DNA from: Antedon mediterranea
Taxonomy: Eukaryota; Animalia; Echinodermata
Direction of reading: 5' to 3'
NCBI RefSeq assembly: GCF_964355755.1
Contig: NC_092677.1
Location: forward strand, 17,258,101 to 17,322,100
Length of the DNA stretch: 64,000 bases
In this document: piece after piece, positions 51,101 through 62,750 of the stretch
How the letters are laid out: the number at the start of each line of letters is the position of its first letter
Numbering within the stretch: position 1 is the stretch's first letter
Notes under the pieces: model-generated
What the model saw: only the letters and a program-made list of their open reading frames with translations
Told to the model about the DNA's origin: nothing
Database searches by the model: none
Made by a program: the position numbers and the translations under genes

Positions 51101-54100
51101 GTACCTTATGTTGCATAAAACACAATGCAATGATAAATAAGATGGGAGATCGAAGCATTGATTTTTGCATTTAATGATTGAAAATAGATTCATAAACCCC
51201 AGTACCCAACTAGGTTAACCAAGTAAGATGCCTTAGAGCGATAGGCCCGCCTATCCTAATCCAATAGTAAGAAGTCTAAAAGCAATTTTTCTATATAATA
51301 TATTGTATGTTTTTTAGATTTTAAGTTTTGGGGATTTCAAAGAAGGAGATGAAGTCGGGAGTTTAAATCACCTCTTGGCTTCATTAGGAAAACCAATCAC
51401 TAAAACAAATCTTGAGGTAAGAATAAGATATTTTGTAATTTAATATATTTTTCTAGACTAAGATTTATTAATCATTTATCCAGTCTAGTTCAGTCACTAA
51501 TTAACATTTTTTATATTTTTTATGGAAACTTTAATTGAGTCTAATTAAAAATGATTATTTATGAAAGTATATTGTATAATTTTTTCCCAGTTACCCTGGA
51601 ATGAAAGTGAACATCAAAAGGAGTTGAAGCAGGGTAAGAATTTTGTTTCTTAAAATTGTTTTATTAATTTATTAACAATACACTACAGTAGCTAAATGTG
51701 CAGTGAAGTCCAAAGATAGGCTTATTTATTGCTGAAAGCAACTCAACTAAAAGGAACCGTTATGTTATGAGCTGTTAAATGTCAAATTTTCAAGCAATGA
51801 AAGAAAGAAAATGTTTATGTTGAACTTGAACTGAAAGGAACTATTGTGTGAGCACTTTTGCATTACTGTATTTTTTTAGATTCTAACTGTTTCAAATTGC
51901 ATGCCTATTTTTGAATAAACAGTGTTTTTCAATCAATTATAATTGCATTGGAAAAAGTGTCTGGACAATTGTTAAGTTACTGCAACTGCAACTTACAACA
52001 GCAGTTTCAACAATATAAACTAACTTTAAACACCCAAAGGAGGTGCTTGTTAGGTTTGTCCAGTGTTTAGTTGTATGGTTTGTCCAGTGTTTAGGTGTCT
52101 GGATATAGTTTGAAAATTGCATATACTAAAGTTTTATTTGCTTCAACAGAATCTTTGTCTTCTGGTGCTAGTGGGATTAGTTTTGGGACAGTTGATTTCA
52201 AAGAAAGAAGAAGAGAAAACTTTACTTTTACTGTTGGAAAAAGTTCTTTAACTTCTTCCATTCATAACACTGCAGTTGAGTTTGATAATAAGGTGTTTGG
52301 GCAAAGTCAGCCAGATGATAAAAACAAAAAGCCACGTCGCAATAAAAAGAAACGAGATGAAAAATATTACGAGGACTTTTACAAGAATCAAGAATTGGTT
52401 GAAAAAACTGAACCAACTAAAAACCAAAGATTTGTAATTGATGAACACTTAAATAAATTGGGAAACGTAACACCGGAACATTTTCTGAAAAATGCTGACG
52501 TTGTAAGTGCCGTGGCTGTCAGCAATAGGAACACTAGCCATGAACAGAGCTTCATGCCCGATCTCATTCCAACCATAACTTCCACAAAAGATGTTGACAA
52601 CAATGAAAAAACTCAAATTCCCACCAGTAGGCAGAATATAATTAATGATACTGACATTAGTAATGAAGTCCAACAGGTTGAACAAGCACAAATAAGTAAT
52701 CTTTCGTCAGATATCAAATGCAAACAATTGAGTAATAATGAAAATATTCTTTCTAAGGATGAAATTACAAATAGCGAAAACGAACTAAATAAAGACATTT
52801 CAATAAAAAATGTAAACGAGGCAGAACAAGTAATAACAGTAATCAATCAGCAGAACGGCAATGAAACAAAGGACTCTGAAACAACAACAGTGGCACCACA
52901 GCAGCAGCCTGCCAAACCGTCTTCTTGGGCTGGCCTTTTTAGTAAGCCATCTTCCAATACAAAAGGTAAAGCAGATGTTGCTGACAACAAATTACAAGGC
53001 ATACCAGATGCAACACATGATAAGCAAGTTGTTCTTCAATTTGATGAAACAAAACCAGTTTCTGTTGATTTTGATTCATATGCAAAACAACTTGGAGGTA
53101 TGTTTAAATGCATTCATTTTGTAGTACAAACCTCGCCCATGTCCCCTTCAATATTCCTGTTTTGCAGTCCAATAAGCAAGTGTAAAGCAATGGATTGTAT
53201 ATACCTGTACCACTATATATACTATACTTCTTCATGCGTGCTTAACAATTTTGCATAACTAGCTACTGTACATTACACCTCCTAAATTTGATTGCCACTT
53301 AGAAATGGGCATGTATAATTATGCATGAGAAAGAGAAGATATATCATTCACAAATGAGAACAAATCTAGATTATCCTAGGCCGATTTGTGCCACATCTTC
53401 CCTACAGTAGCCACAGCTCACTACATTTTCATCCTCACAAGCAAATCGTTAGCTTCAGGTCTCACCAATTATCAACTTTTGCATACTCCCTATTATAATA
53501 ATTAAATTGTACAGTAGGTGTTCAATTACTCCTTAAAATAAAAGGCATGTGTTGTATTTTTACCATTAACAGTATCTTACTTATTTATGTCATCATTTTT
53601 GTATCTTTATCTTTTTTACTGCATTATAAATAGATATACTGTCTAAAGTGCAATTAAATCATCGCCCTGTTGCCTGGCTACCAAGGGGTTTGAACAACAA
53701 AGCAAATTGGTGTTATATTAACAGCGTATCCTTTAATTCCTAGTATGATCACACACAGATTGGTGTCTGACTTCATTATTTAGTAGTCAGAATGAAAGGT
53801 GCCTATTATTTTCTAAGCAGGTGCTTTCGAAATTCTGTAAAAAGTATAAAGATAAAAGCAATTCAGATTTTCGATTTTCAAACTCAAGTTGCCATGATAA
53901 CTTAACAGGAGAACATTACAAAACTTTTTCTCAAAGTTTTATGAAAAGATTGATATATTTTTTTAATTGACTGCTAACAATAATAATTGTTGGCTATTAC
54001 TGTATATAATAATACATGTATGATAATATTCAGGTATTTATAATTTTGTGAACAAATTTATGTGATTTCTTCCACAAATCATGACTACTATACCTAGTTG

Positions 54101-57100
54101 TATGATGGCTAACTTTTCCTGTACATAGTGGAACTGTAGCTTTGTGGTTAAAGTGTTCCAATCCTGTCAGGGTTGTACATCACAACCTTTTCAACTCCAC
54201 TCCTACTAGCACATGTAAGCCTCAAATGAGACTTAGTTTTTAAGCATGATAAATTATAGTTTCTGTAATAATGGCAAACATCTGACCAATCATCCTGATT
54301 AATAAGATTGGCTCCAGTGGTGTTTGCATGTAAAGTTGTTATCCCTAACTTGTTATGTGTACAGATCCTGCAAGCACTTCTCTTTTGCCCTCCATTTGGC
54401 AACTTGATCAAATCAATACCAGTGCAAGTAAAAGAGAGACTACCCACTTCTACGCCTATGCTCGACAGCATGTAAGTAACAGTTTGTATTTTACGGATTT
54501 TACTTTAAAAAAATATAATATTTTGATATCAGGGCCATATTCACCAATCACACTTAAGTGAGATATTTCCCTTAAATATTAAGTATTTCACTTTCAACTC
54601 AATAAATATTTAAGCATTTCCCCTTAAACTGTATTCACTTAGGAGATTTGTTTTCTCTTAGGCTAAGTGTGAAAGGTGAATATGGCTACTGGCCACCAGA
54701 AAATTACTTAAATGTTATATTTGTTTATAGAATTGACTTTGTAAACATGTACGAAGTGATGCCACACAGATTGTCTGGGAAACGAGTGACTGACATCCAG
54801 ACAGGGGCTTCCTTTGAACCAGTACAGATCTACCAGATGTTATCACGTGCCAAGACATCTTTTTCTGTGGAGGTATCTACCAATTTACTATCGACTTAAA
54901 TTATTCTGTGGTGGACATTTATTTTTAATATGCGCTAGTAAAAATATTGATGATTTATGACTTTCAAGTTCAAGTGTATTTTTTTTTTAGGGACGTCAAG
55001 AAGATGCAGAGGAGTTCTTAGGATGTCTGTTGAATGGGATGCATGAGGAAATGTTAGCATTGATGTCAGTTGGGAAGATGCCACCAAGTAAAGGTACGAC
55101 ATATTGTAGACCATTTAAAGCTCTGTCTACACTATCAAACCTTATGTAACAGAAAAAATGTGATGTACCCATGTATGTACCTCTCAGAATGATTGACAAT
55201 CAAGGAAAGAAAGCGAGAACTAAGATATAGTTATCAGGTGCTACTGGACATTCCAAGGAGCAAACATAGGTGCGGAGATCAGATTTTCTGTATTGCTGGA
55301 AATACACTCTGGAAACACTTACCTTTGAACATTAAATAAGCGTCATTATTGAGCACCTTTAAAGATGTATTTTCCCTTTGTCAAATTCCCAAAAAATAAA
55401 AAATAAAAGATTTCGAAAAAAAGTAGGTCATTTTGAAGTATCATAATAGTTATTAACTTTCACCAAAAATTAGTCGGAAAAAAAATCATTTAACTGAAAT
55501 ACAGACGTTTTTTGGTTAAAAAATAACTTTGACTTCCAGTCAAAGTTTTCGTTCAAACCATATCTCATAATGCAACGCGCTTATTTGGCTACTCTGTATG
55601 CATAATCATAAAACTTCCTCGCGATCTGTGTGAAAACACCTTCTCAACCGTGACGAGTTGTAAACAATCTTAATTAGCATCATGCATAATGTATAATCAT
55701 GGTTTGAAATCTTTGTTTACTTTCGCTCGCGACGATTTTCCAGACCAAATGTATTCAAATTAATTTAGCTGTTAATTACGTAAAATTGTTGTTTTTGGCT
55801 CGAATTTTCGACTTAAAGTGAATAACTTTAATATTACTTTGATATGGCCAATTTAAATTTAGAATATTCTGACCTTCATTTTTTTGTGTTTCAAGGGACA
55901 ATACATCTTTAAGTCACTACTCAAAACTCATTTACTGATATTTTTGGCAGCGCCATGAGCAATGACTTGTTGGAATTAATTGATTGATGGACACTACCAT
56001 ATTTTGCACATCAAAAACTAGTTTGATAGTGTAGACAGAGCTTTAGACTTTAGGGTATAAAGAAAAGAATTGCTGAATTTGATGACTGACTTCAATTGTT
56101 TCTCACTAGGCATTACAAATGGTCCAACTGGTCTGAAGAATGATAATGAAACAGTAGAAGAAGAAGATGAGGGCAATGATGATGATGAATGGCAAAGAGT
56201 AGGACCAAAGAACAAGAGTAGTGTTACTAGGGAGGTTGGTACAATATTTAAGTTAATACAGTCGCCCTCGAGTAACTCAAATCGCAAAGGTCGAATTGTT
56301 ATGAAAGTCTCAATTCTTTCCTATACTTAACATTCAAGTCAACATTTTTGTTAATTATTTTCAACATGTGATAATGTATGTTTTTCCTGTTCTATGTATT
56401 GCTTTGAAGGCTCATTTTGACAAGTCGCCAATTTCTGAAATATTTGGAGGTCAAATGAGGTCAATTCTCCACCAATCAGGTTCTCGAGAATCTGCAACCT
56501 TACAGCCGTTCTTCACACTGCAATTAGATATTCAGGTAAAACCATTCATATTGTATATTATTGCCATATGTACATGGCATGTCATTTGTTTTCATTCATT
56601 TTCATTTTTTACTAACTTTATTATTTCAACTCTCCTTATTTGTTTATACTGATCAGCTTACTAAATACATTAATTGTAAAATCTTTTATTTTGTAGTCAA
56701 ACAACATATGGAATGTGGAAGATGCCTTGGAACACATGGTTAGCAAGGAGACATTACATGGATATACATGCAGCAAGACAAAAGCTGAGGTAGCGTAATA
56801 CTGCAGTTGTAGCTTGTTGGTTGAGATGCTCAGCTACCGATCCCAGAGTCATGGGTTCAAATCAGTAAAGATTTATTTGCATGACCAAACATTTCCACTC
56901 TTTATGTATAGTTATGAAGAGCATCTAGTGTTTTATGTTTGGCTTGTGAACAAAATAGTGAATGAATTTACATAGAATTGTCTAAATATAAAACGAAACT
57001 AGGTTAATTATAGATTGAACTAGCCCATATCGTTGGATTTGTAACAGGAGGGGAGTTGGTTTAAAATTATCGAAAAAAAGCTTGTAAAATGTCATCAGGA

Positions 57101-58192
57101 TGTTCTATTGTTTAACAGTGCATTTTGTCCACTAGGTTGAAGCTTCCAGGAGGATCACACTAGAAAAGTTACCACCAGTACTAATACTTCACTTAAAGCG
57201 TTTCATCTATGACAAGTCCGGAGGTTGCCAGAAAATGATGAAGAGAATTGACTACTCTGTTGATTTAGAACTAGGCAAAGGTAGTAAATTATTTACGATT
57301 GGTCAACAATATTATTGATACACAAACAGTAAAGTAAAGGTCTGTGTTTTCAATTTTCAATAGTTGGTCTGTCAGATTTGTTAATGCTGTTGTTAATAAT
57401 GTCAATAATTAAATCAAAACATAATAGAGGGTGCTATAGGAAGTATACTCAAGCACGCAATTTCTAATATACCGTGATTTGATCCAATTTAGGGTTTTGG
57501 TAACAAAGTTGTTATTTTATAATTTATAAGAGGTTTATTTATTTTTTTTTATAAATATTATTTGTATAATGATTTTACAGACTTGTTTTCATCAACTGTT
57601 AAAGGCAAGCTAAGTGTTTCACAAAGAGTATACAAGCTTTTTGCAGGTCAGTTACTTATCTTTTCATAAAATACATTGAGTTTTATTTTTTGAGTTGTTT
57701 ATTTTGCTAGTTAAACTTGGTTCCCACTAGAGACGCAATGCAAGAATGTAGGAGCAATGCAAGCTGGTTGAATAATCCATTACTTGTGATTGTTCAACTC
57801 ACTTGCATTGCATCTATGTCGTTGCCTCTCTAGTGTAAACCAAGCTTTAGGTTATGTACAACTAGCAGAAAATCTATGAAATTGTTTTGACCTTGACTAC
57901 AGTGGAATTGGGTTTTAGAGCAGGTCAAATACGTGACTGAAATATTTTATCATGTAGTGTGTTAAGATGTCTAATAATTTATGATATCCTTACTTTAGTT
58001 GTTTACCATCTTGGAGAGGAAGCTTCAGGAGGACATTACATAACCGATGTATTTCATCCATCTGTTGGTGGATGGTTAAGAATTGATGATGGTATGGTAA
58101 AGGTAGTTCCTGTAAACCAGGTATTGAAGCCTACTATGCCACGCCTTCCGTACTTGCTCTTCTACAGGCAACGAGATCTCTCAAGTGGTTAA
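48167..58192 (+). CDS. USP10: Ubiquitin carboxyl-terminal hydrolase 10 gene (14 exons, 766 aa)
   Basis: Hand-spliced 2301 nt in frame. [25 protein letters not shown] (Cys box), [47 protein letters not shown] (His box), RIDD. Confidence 0.95.
48750..48910. repeat. ~57-bp tandem repeat x3 in USP10 intron 1
   Basis: TATCTGGAACATCGATTCACATTCATA units. Confidence 0.8.
50432..50987. mobile_element. TTAA-flanked Kolobok-like MITE (old)
   Basis: TTAA-AGGCCAGGTGCGGGCA...TGCCTGTACCTGAGTT-TTAA imperfect TIRs. Confidence 0.55.
51318..51416 (+). CDS. USP10: USP10 exon 2, ILSFGDF...NLE
   Basis: FGDF motif; tttag/GTAAGA. Confidence 0.88.
51591..51633 (+). CDS. USP10: USP10 exon 3, [14 protein letters not shown]
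   Basis: cccag/GTAAGA; phase 0/1 bridges the neighbouring exons. Confidence 0.85.
52150..53097 (+). CDS. USP10: USP10 exon 4, large disordered region
   Basis: ORF 52095..53258; KKKRDEKYY and PSSWAGLF motifs. Confidence 0.92.
53634..53725 (+). CDS. USP10: USP10 exon 5, Cys box
   Basis: [15 protein letters not shown]; catalytic Cys codon 53711..53713. Confidence 0.94.
53726..54364 (+). other. USP10: U12-type (minor spliceosome) GT-AG intron
   Basis: Donor GTATCCTTT; branch-like TCCCTAAC at 54342..54349; no real polypyrimidine tract. Confidence 0.9.
54365..54471 (+). CDS. USP10: USP10 exon 6, [11 protein letters not shown]...STPMLDS
   Basis: Manual translation. Confidence 0.93.
54533..54688. 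mobile_element. Short Harbinger-like MITE (CWG flanks)
   Basis: GCCATATTCACC..TCACACTTA / TAAGTGTGA..GGTGAATATGGC TIRs. Confidence 0.65.
54731..54872 (+). CDS. USP10: USP10 exon 7, [14 protein letters not shown]
   Basis: ORF 54648..54899; splice sites. Confidence 0.92.
54991..55093 (+). CDS. USP10: USP10 exon 8, [21 protein letters not shown]
   Basis: QEDAEEF box. Confidence 0.94.
55118..56043. mobile_element. MITE with AAGCTCTGTCTACACTATCAAAC TIRs (TA/TWA target)
   Basis: Perfect 23-bp TIRs; hosts a nested element. Confidence 0.85.
55363..55908. mobile_element. Complete Kolobok-like MITE
   Basis: TTAA TSD on both sides; TIR AGATGTATTTTCCC / GGGACAATACATCT. Confidence 0.88.
56110..56234 (+). 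CDS. USP10: USP10 exon 9, acidic loop and [10 protein letters not shown]
   Basis: ORF 56070..56330; splice sites. Confidence 0.92.
56410..56535 (+). CDS. USP10: USP10 exon 10, [13 protein letters not shown]...LQLDIQ
   Basis: ORF 56368..56652; splice sites. Confidence 0.94.
56697..56789 (+). CDS. USP10: USP10 exon 11, [15 protein letters not shown]...KTKAE
   Basis: Manual translation. Confidence 0.92.
57136..57280 (+). CDS. USP10: USP10 exon 12, [25 protein letters not shown]
   Basis: LHLKRF box. Confidence 0.94.
57581..57646 (+). CDS. USP10: USP10 exon 13, ...QRVYKLFA
   Basis: Manual translation; phase 1/1. Confidence 0.92.
57712..57849. mobile_element. Short MITE (Harbinger-like)
   Basis: CTTGGTTCCCACTAGAGACGCAA / TTGCCTCTCTAGTGTAAACCAAG imperfect TIRs. 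Confidence 0.65.
57999..58192 (+). CDS. USP10: USP10 terminal exon, His box
   Basis: [14 protein letters not shown]...WLRIDD...YLLFYR then TAA. Confidence 0.95.
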
Positions 58193-58801
58193 AAAATTGA
58201 GAATTGTCTGCTAGAATGTGTTTGTTTCAAATTGTTTTTGGAATCGAGGAGAGATTCTGAAGAATTTATGCATTACATTTTAAGCGAAAAAGGGGCATTT
58301 TTTATACAACATCAAGCAATATGCACATGCTAATGGCCCTAATTTTTTAAGTCTGAGTTTTTTAAACTTTACTCAAGTATTGGAAATTTACTTTTTGAAG
58401 AAAAAGGATATCCAAGTATTTTGATTGGCTTTTTATGGTTATTTGTGAGATGTGTCTTGGAACAAAGATTGTGAGGACAATACTATGGTTTGAAGAGTAG
58501 TCTGCTTTGAACTTCTTATGCAATTTTTATATTTGTAAGTATTTTACAAGTAAAAATTCAGATGCTATGTGGTGAAATTTGAGGCAAGGAAAGCAGAAAG
58601 AACTAGGACAGATGAACAATATTTTTGGAGGAAAGAAGCACAAGAAAGAAAATGATCATAATGGTATTGTACTCTGAAATTGAGGAAATTAGAATCTGGC
58701 CTACAACATCCAAGGTGCTGTGCATGCCATGATCATGGGGGATGCTATGTTTCCTTATCTAAAAGTGTTGAATATGTATAGTCTTGAATATATGTGCATT
58801 G

Positions 58802-58807
58802 AATAAA
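58802..58807 (+). terminator. Candidate USP10 polyadenylation signal
   Basis: AATAAA about 610 nt after the stop, followed by GT-rich sequence. Confidence 0.4.
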
Positions 58808-58949
58808 GTAGTATGTGTCAATAGGATGGGGTAGGGGGTGGGAGTTTGAAAGTAAATTATGAAGACATGCATGCACTCATGTCTTCTCTCATAACTTTCA
58901 GGTCAGACTTTAGGGAACATGTGGCCAGAATTGAAAGAACACTATACTC

Positions 58950-59700
58950 GAACTGAAAGAACACTAGGCCAGAATAGAAAGAACACTAGGCCAGAATAGA
59001 AAGAACACTAGGCTAGAATAGAAAGAACACTAGGCTAGAATAGAAAGAACACTAGGCTAGAATAGAAAGAACACTAGGCTAGAATAGAAAGAACACTAGG
59101 CTAGAATAGAAAGAACACTGGGCTAGAATAGAAAGAACACTAGGCTAGAATAGAAAGAACACTAGGCTAGAATAGAAAGAACACTAGGCTAGAATAGAAA
59201 GAACACTAGGCTTGAATAGAAAGAACACTAGGCTAGAATAGAAAGAACACTAGGCTAGAATAGAAAGAACACTAGGCTTGAATAGAAAGAACACTAGGCT
59301 AGAATAGAAAGAACACTAGGCTAGAATAGAAAGAACACTAGGCTAGAATAGAAAGAACACTAGGCTAGAATAGAAAGAACACTAGGCTTGAATAGAAAGA
59401 ACACTAGGCTAGAATAGAAAGAACACTAGGCTAGAATAGAAAGAACACTAGGCTAGAATAGAAAGAACACTAGGCTTGAATAGAAAGAACACTAGGCTAG
59501 AATAGAAAGAACACTAGGCTAGAATAGAAAGAACACTAGGCTAGAATAGAAAGAACACTAGGCTAGAATAGAAAGAACACTAGGCTAGAATAGAAAGAAC
59601 ACTAGGCTTGAATAGAAAGAACACTAGGCTTGAATAGAAAGAACACTAGGCTAGAATAGAAAGAACACTAGGCTAGAATAGAAAGAACACTAGGCCAGGA
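58950..59700. repeat. 22-bp minisatellite GAACACTAGGCTAGAATAGAAA
   Basis: Over 30 near-identical units; degenerate copies extend to about 59830. Confidence 0.97.
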
Positions 59701-62412
59701 TTAACGGATTTTAAGGAACACTCTAGACTAGACTTGTGAGAACACTAGGCCAGAATTAACAGAAAGCAGGTCAGATTTTAAGGAAAACTAGGCCAGAATT
59801 TAAAGGAAACTGCTAGACTTAAAAGAACACAGCCATTTTTTGAAATGCGTAGTAGTATTTAGTTAAAGAAAAGGAATATAAAACGCTAAATGGAAGATGC
59901 CTGAATTTATTTAATAATAATGAGTAAGAAAATAAATATTATTCATTTAAAGTTAGTATGAGGATTACTTATATCAATAAGAATAACTTTCCTTCTTGTA
60001 TTAGGAAATTAGTAGGATCCCTAGGCCATAGCCAGAATTTGTTATGGATGAGGGATAAATTTATTTGTTTAAGAGCTGCCTTTACAGACAATTTACAAAT
60101 TGCATGATTTCTTTAGGAAATCTGGAACCTACATATCTACAATGACTCCTAAATGTTACATATACATGTATGCACTTATTTATAAGGATGTGTGGCGCAG
60201 TGTGTTGGAGGTTAGACTACTGATCGTGGGTTCGAATCCAACGTTCGTCGCATTGCTTGTATCCTTATCCTCTCCAGCCAGTTTTTGGCAACAAAACAAC
60301 TTTGTGCTAATTACTATCTGCATTTACAGTATGTTTCCATACATGTTTGATTTAAAAATGACCAGGTAATAATATGTACAATGCTTTTACAACATTAAAT
60401 CCTGGATATTATTATTTAAACAGACAAAATAGTTTTTCTTAAGCATATAAACAAAGACAAAACAACTGCCATGATAAACCAGTAAACCTTGTGTAATATT
60501 AAGGTCTTTTTTATATAAAACTGCATGCACTTTGTACATGCTGTTTTACCCAGAATTCAGTTTCAGAACCATATTATCAAACAGAGTTTTTTTAATACAC
60601 TGAAATCTAAATATATAGGTAGATTTTATTTAGGATTTTTTTTTCGAAATACAATATTTAATGTGTTGTACAATTTGTTTTGTTTGTTTTTTTGACATGT
60701 CTATTGTATAACTATTTACGTTTTAGTCACCTGGCTGGACGGAAAAGTTGAGGTTTTTCTTTAAGATGACAATAATTTGTGTTTGCTAGTGACATTGCAT
60801 AGTTGACCCTTGGAACATTTTGTCACTGTAGAATTTTAGCAATCCTTTTGATTCTGTTATTGGCCCTTGGTTAGCTGAATATTATCAACACCTTGGGTGT
60901 CCCGTTGTGTGTATCTCTTTAGATGCCAAATTCCATTCCCAATACCCAATAAGATATACTTTGCATTCTTTGAAAATCAAATTACCTCTATCCTTAAATA
61001 TATTATCCCATCAATCAAATTTGGATGTATGAAAGATAATCTGGCTTTCATTTCAGTTGTTATCCAATAACACACATTTATTATGCTGTAGAAGAAACCC
61101 TACCACGAAATGGTTTGTTCCATTGTAAGGATAGTTTTTTTAAATTATGGTTAATATTAAATTTCTATTGAGCCATGGTTGCAAATATTTGTTTTCTGTA
61201 TGAATAATGTCGCATAATATTTACCAGGATGTGATATCCTATTGTGTTTTCCAACATGTTGAAGCAATTGTTAAATATAAACACTACATGATGATTATTG
61301 TAAATATTTTGTTTCTGAACTGAAAAAAATGATATATATTTAAGAACATAGGGTATCTATATTTTGCAAGGGGTTAGTTTGTACTGTTTCTGTATGAGAA
61401 AAATAATTAATAATATTAATTTTTCATCATTTTGAGAGTTTATTCTAGAACTAAAAGTTCAAACCCAATTGTAATCATGAGAATTTATGAATAAATGAAA
61501 CTGAATTGTATTTAAGTTGTATTTTCAATTTTGTTTTGACTTAGCAGTATAACGTCACATTATTTAATATTGTCAAATAGCAGTCCCTTAGATTTTTGTG
61601 GAGGGGTTCGAATTTTGAACAGTGGAGTACGGTTAACGAACCAACCAATTACTTTATAGTGAAGTTAAAAAAATAATCAGAAATACTAGACAAGATGTCT
61701 ATCAGGGTCTGTGGAACGTTTTTGAAATGGGAATGTTTAAGGTGATTGTGAATTTTTTGACCAACCAAACCAGCAAAAGACTCCCAAACTCACCTCAACC
61801 CCACCATTAAAATATGTCACCTCACCATTCAAAGGTAGTGTGAAATGAAATAAAAAAAAGTGTGTAACTTGAAAGAATCATGGTATTCCATACAAACACA
61901 TGATGGAAAATCTAGTAAAAATATAACTTGCATAAGATTATGTGACAATTTATGGAGTTGAGTGTAAACCAGTTGATTCTCAGTACTGTATCTATAATGT
62001 GTTCAGTATCATAGGTAAATCCTGTAATACAGTGTCATAGATGTGATGCCTGTATTATACTGTATATAATGTCATGTGCAAATACAGTACAGAGAATAGT
62101 GTAAAACCACTGTTCATGCGTATGTGCCTCTACAGAATATATACTATAATCATGTCATTTTATGCATTCCTGTTCTAGTAAAATGGTTTTCATATGTTTT
62201 AATATAATTAAAATTGGAACAAAATGATGCGCAAGGCTGCACCAAAAAAGGGGGTGCAATTTCCAACCTCTATTCTTTAATATCATTCGTGGAGTATGAT
62301 GATGAATTTTAACCCTTGATAAAGCAAATACATAAGGCTCTCATCAAATACACTTTTCAGTTTTCTGGTCATTTTTGCATGTTGGCAAATATAAGGTAAA
62401 ACACTTTTCAAA

Positions 62413-62750
62413 TTAGCCTGGGTGCAGTACACATTTTGCGGGAAAAAAGTATAGGAACATTCTTTTTTTTTTTTTTTTTTTTTTTTTTCTGATAGAGTAT
62501 ACCATATAGAATGTCAGAAAAAAAAAACCCATCCCAGGGTCTGTGTTTTTTACGGCACTTTTAAATTTTGCCCTATATAACACACACAAATACCTATTAT
62601 AGGGGATAGGGAAAACCAATTCATGGTTACTTGGAGTTGTGTTCTGAGGATTTTTCTGACATTCTATATGGTATACTCTATCAGAAAACAAAATTTTCCT
62701 ATACTTTTTTCCCGCAAATGTGTAAATTGACTGTTCTACACCCAGGTTAA
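62413..62750. mobile_element. Foldback MITE with long inverted arms
   Basis: TTAGCCTGGGTG...CACCCAGGTTAA; TTTTCTGATAGAGTATACCATATAGAATGTCAGAAAAA perfectly inverted at about 62650..62688. Confidence 0.8.

Noticed and set aside
52228-52846. Antisense ORFs over USP10 exon 4 (likewise 17858..18151 over ADAMTS)
   Set aside because: Shadow frames of real exons
54873-54882. GTATCTAC donor as a second U12 intron
   Set aside because: Misses the CCTT consensus; 3' end has an ordinary poly-T tract
57984-57991. ATATCCTT (AT-AC U12 donor-like word)
   Set aside because: Lies inside the acceptor tract of a normal GT-AG intron with no upstream exon
60188-60245. tRNA gene (GGTTCGAATCC)
   Set aside because: No cloverleaf stems; shares downstream sequence with the SINE at 37836
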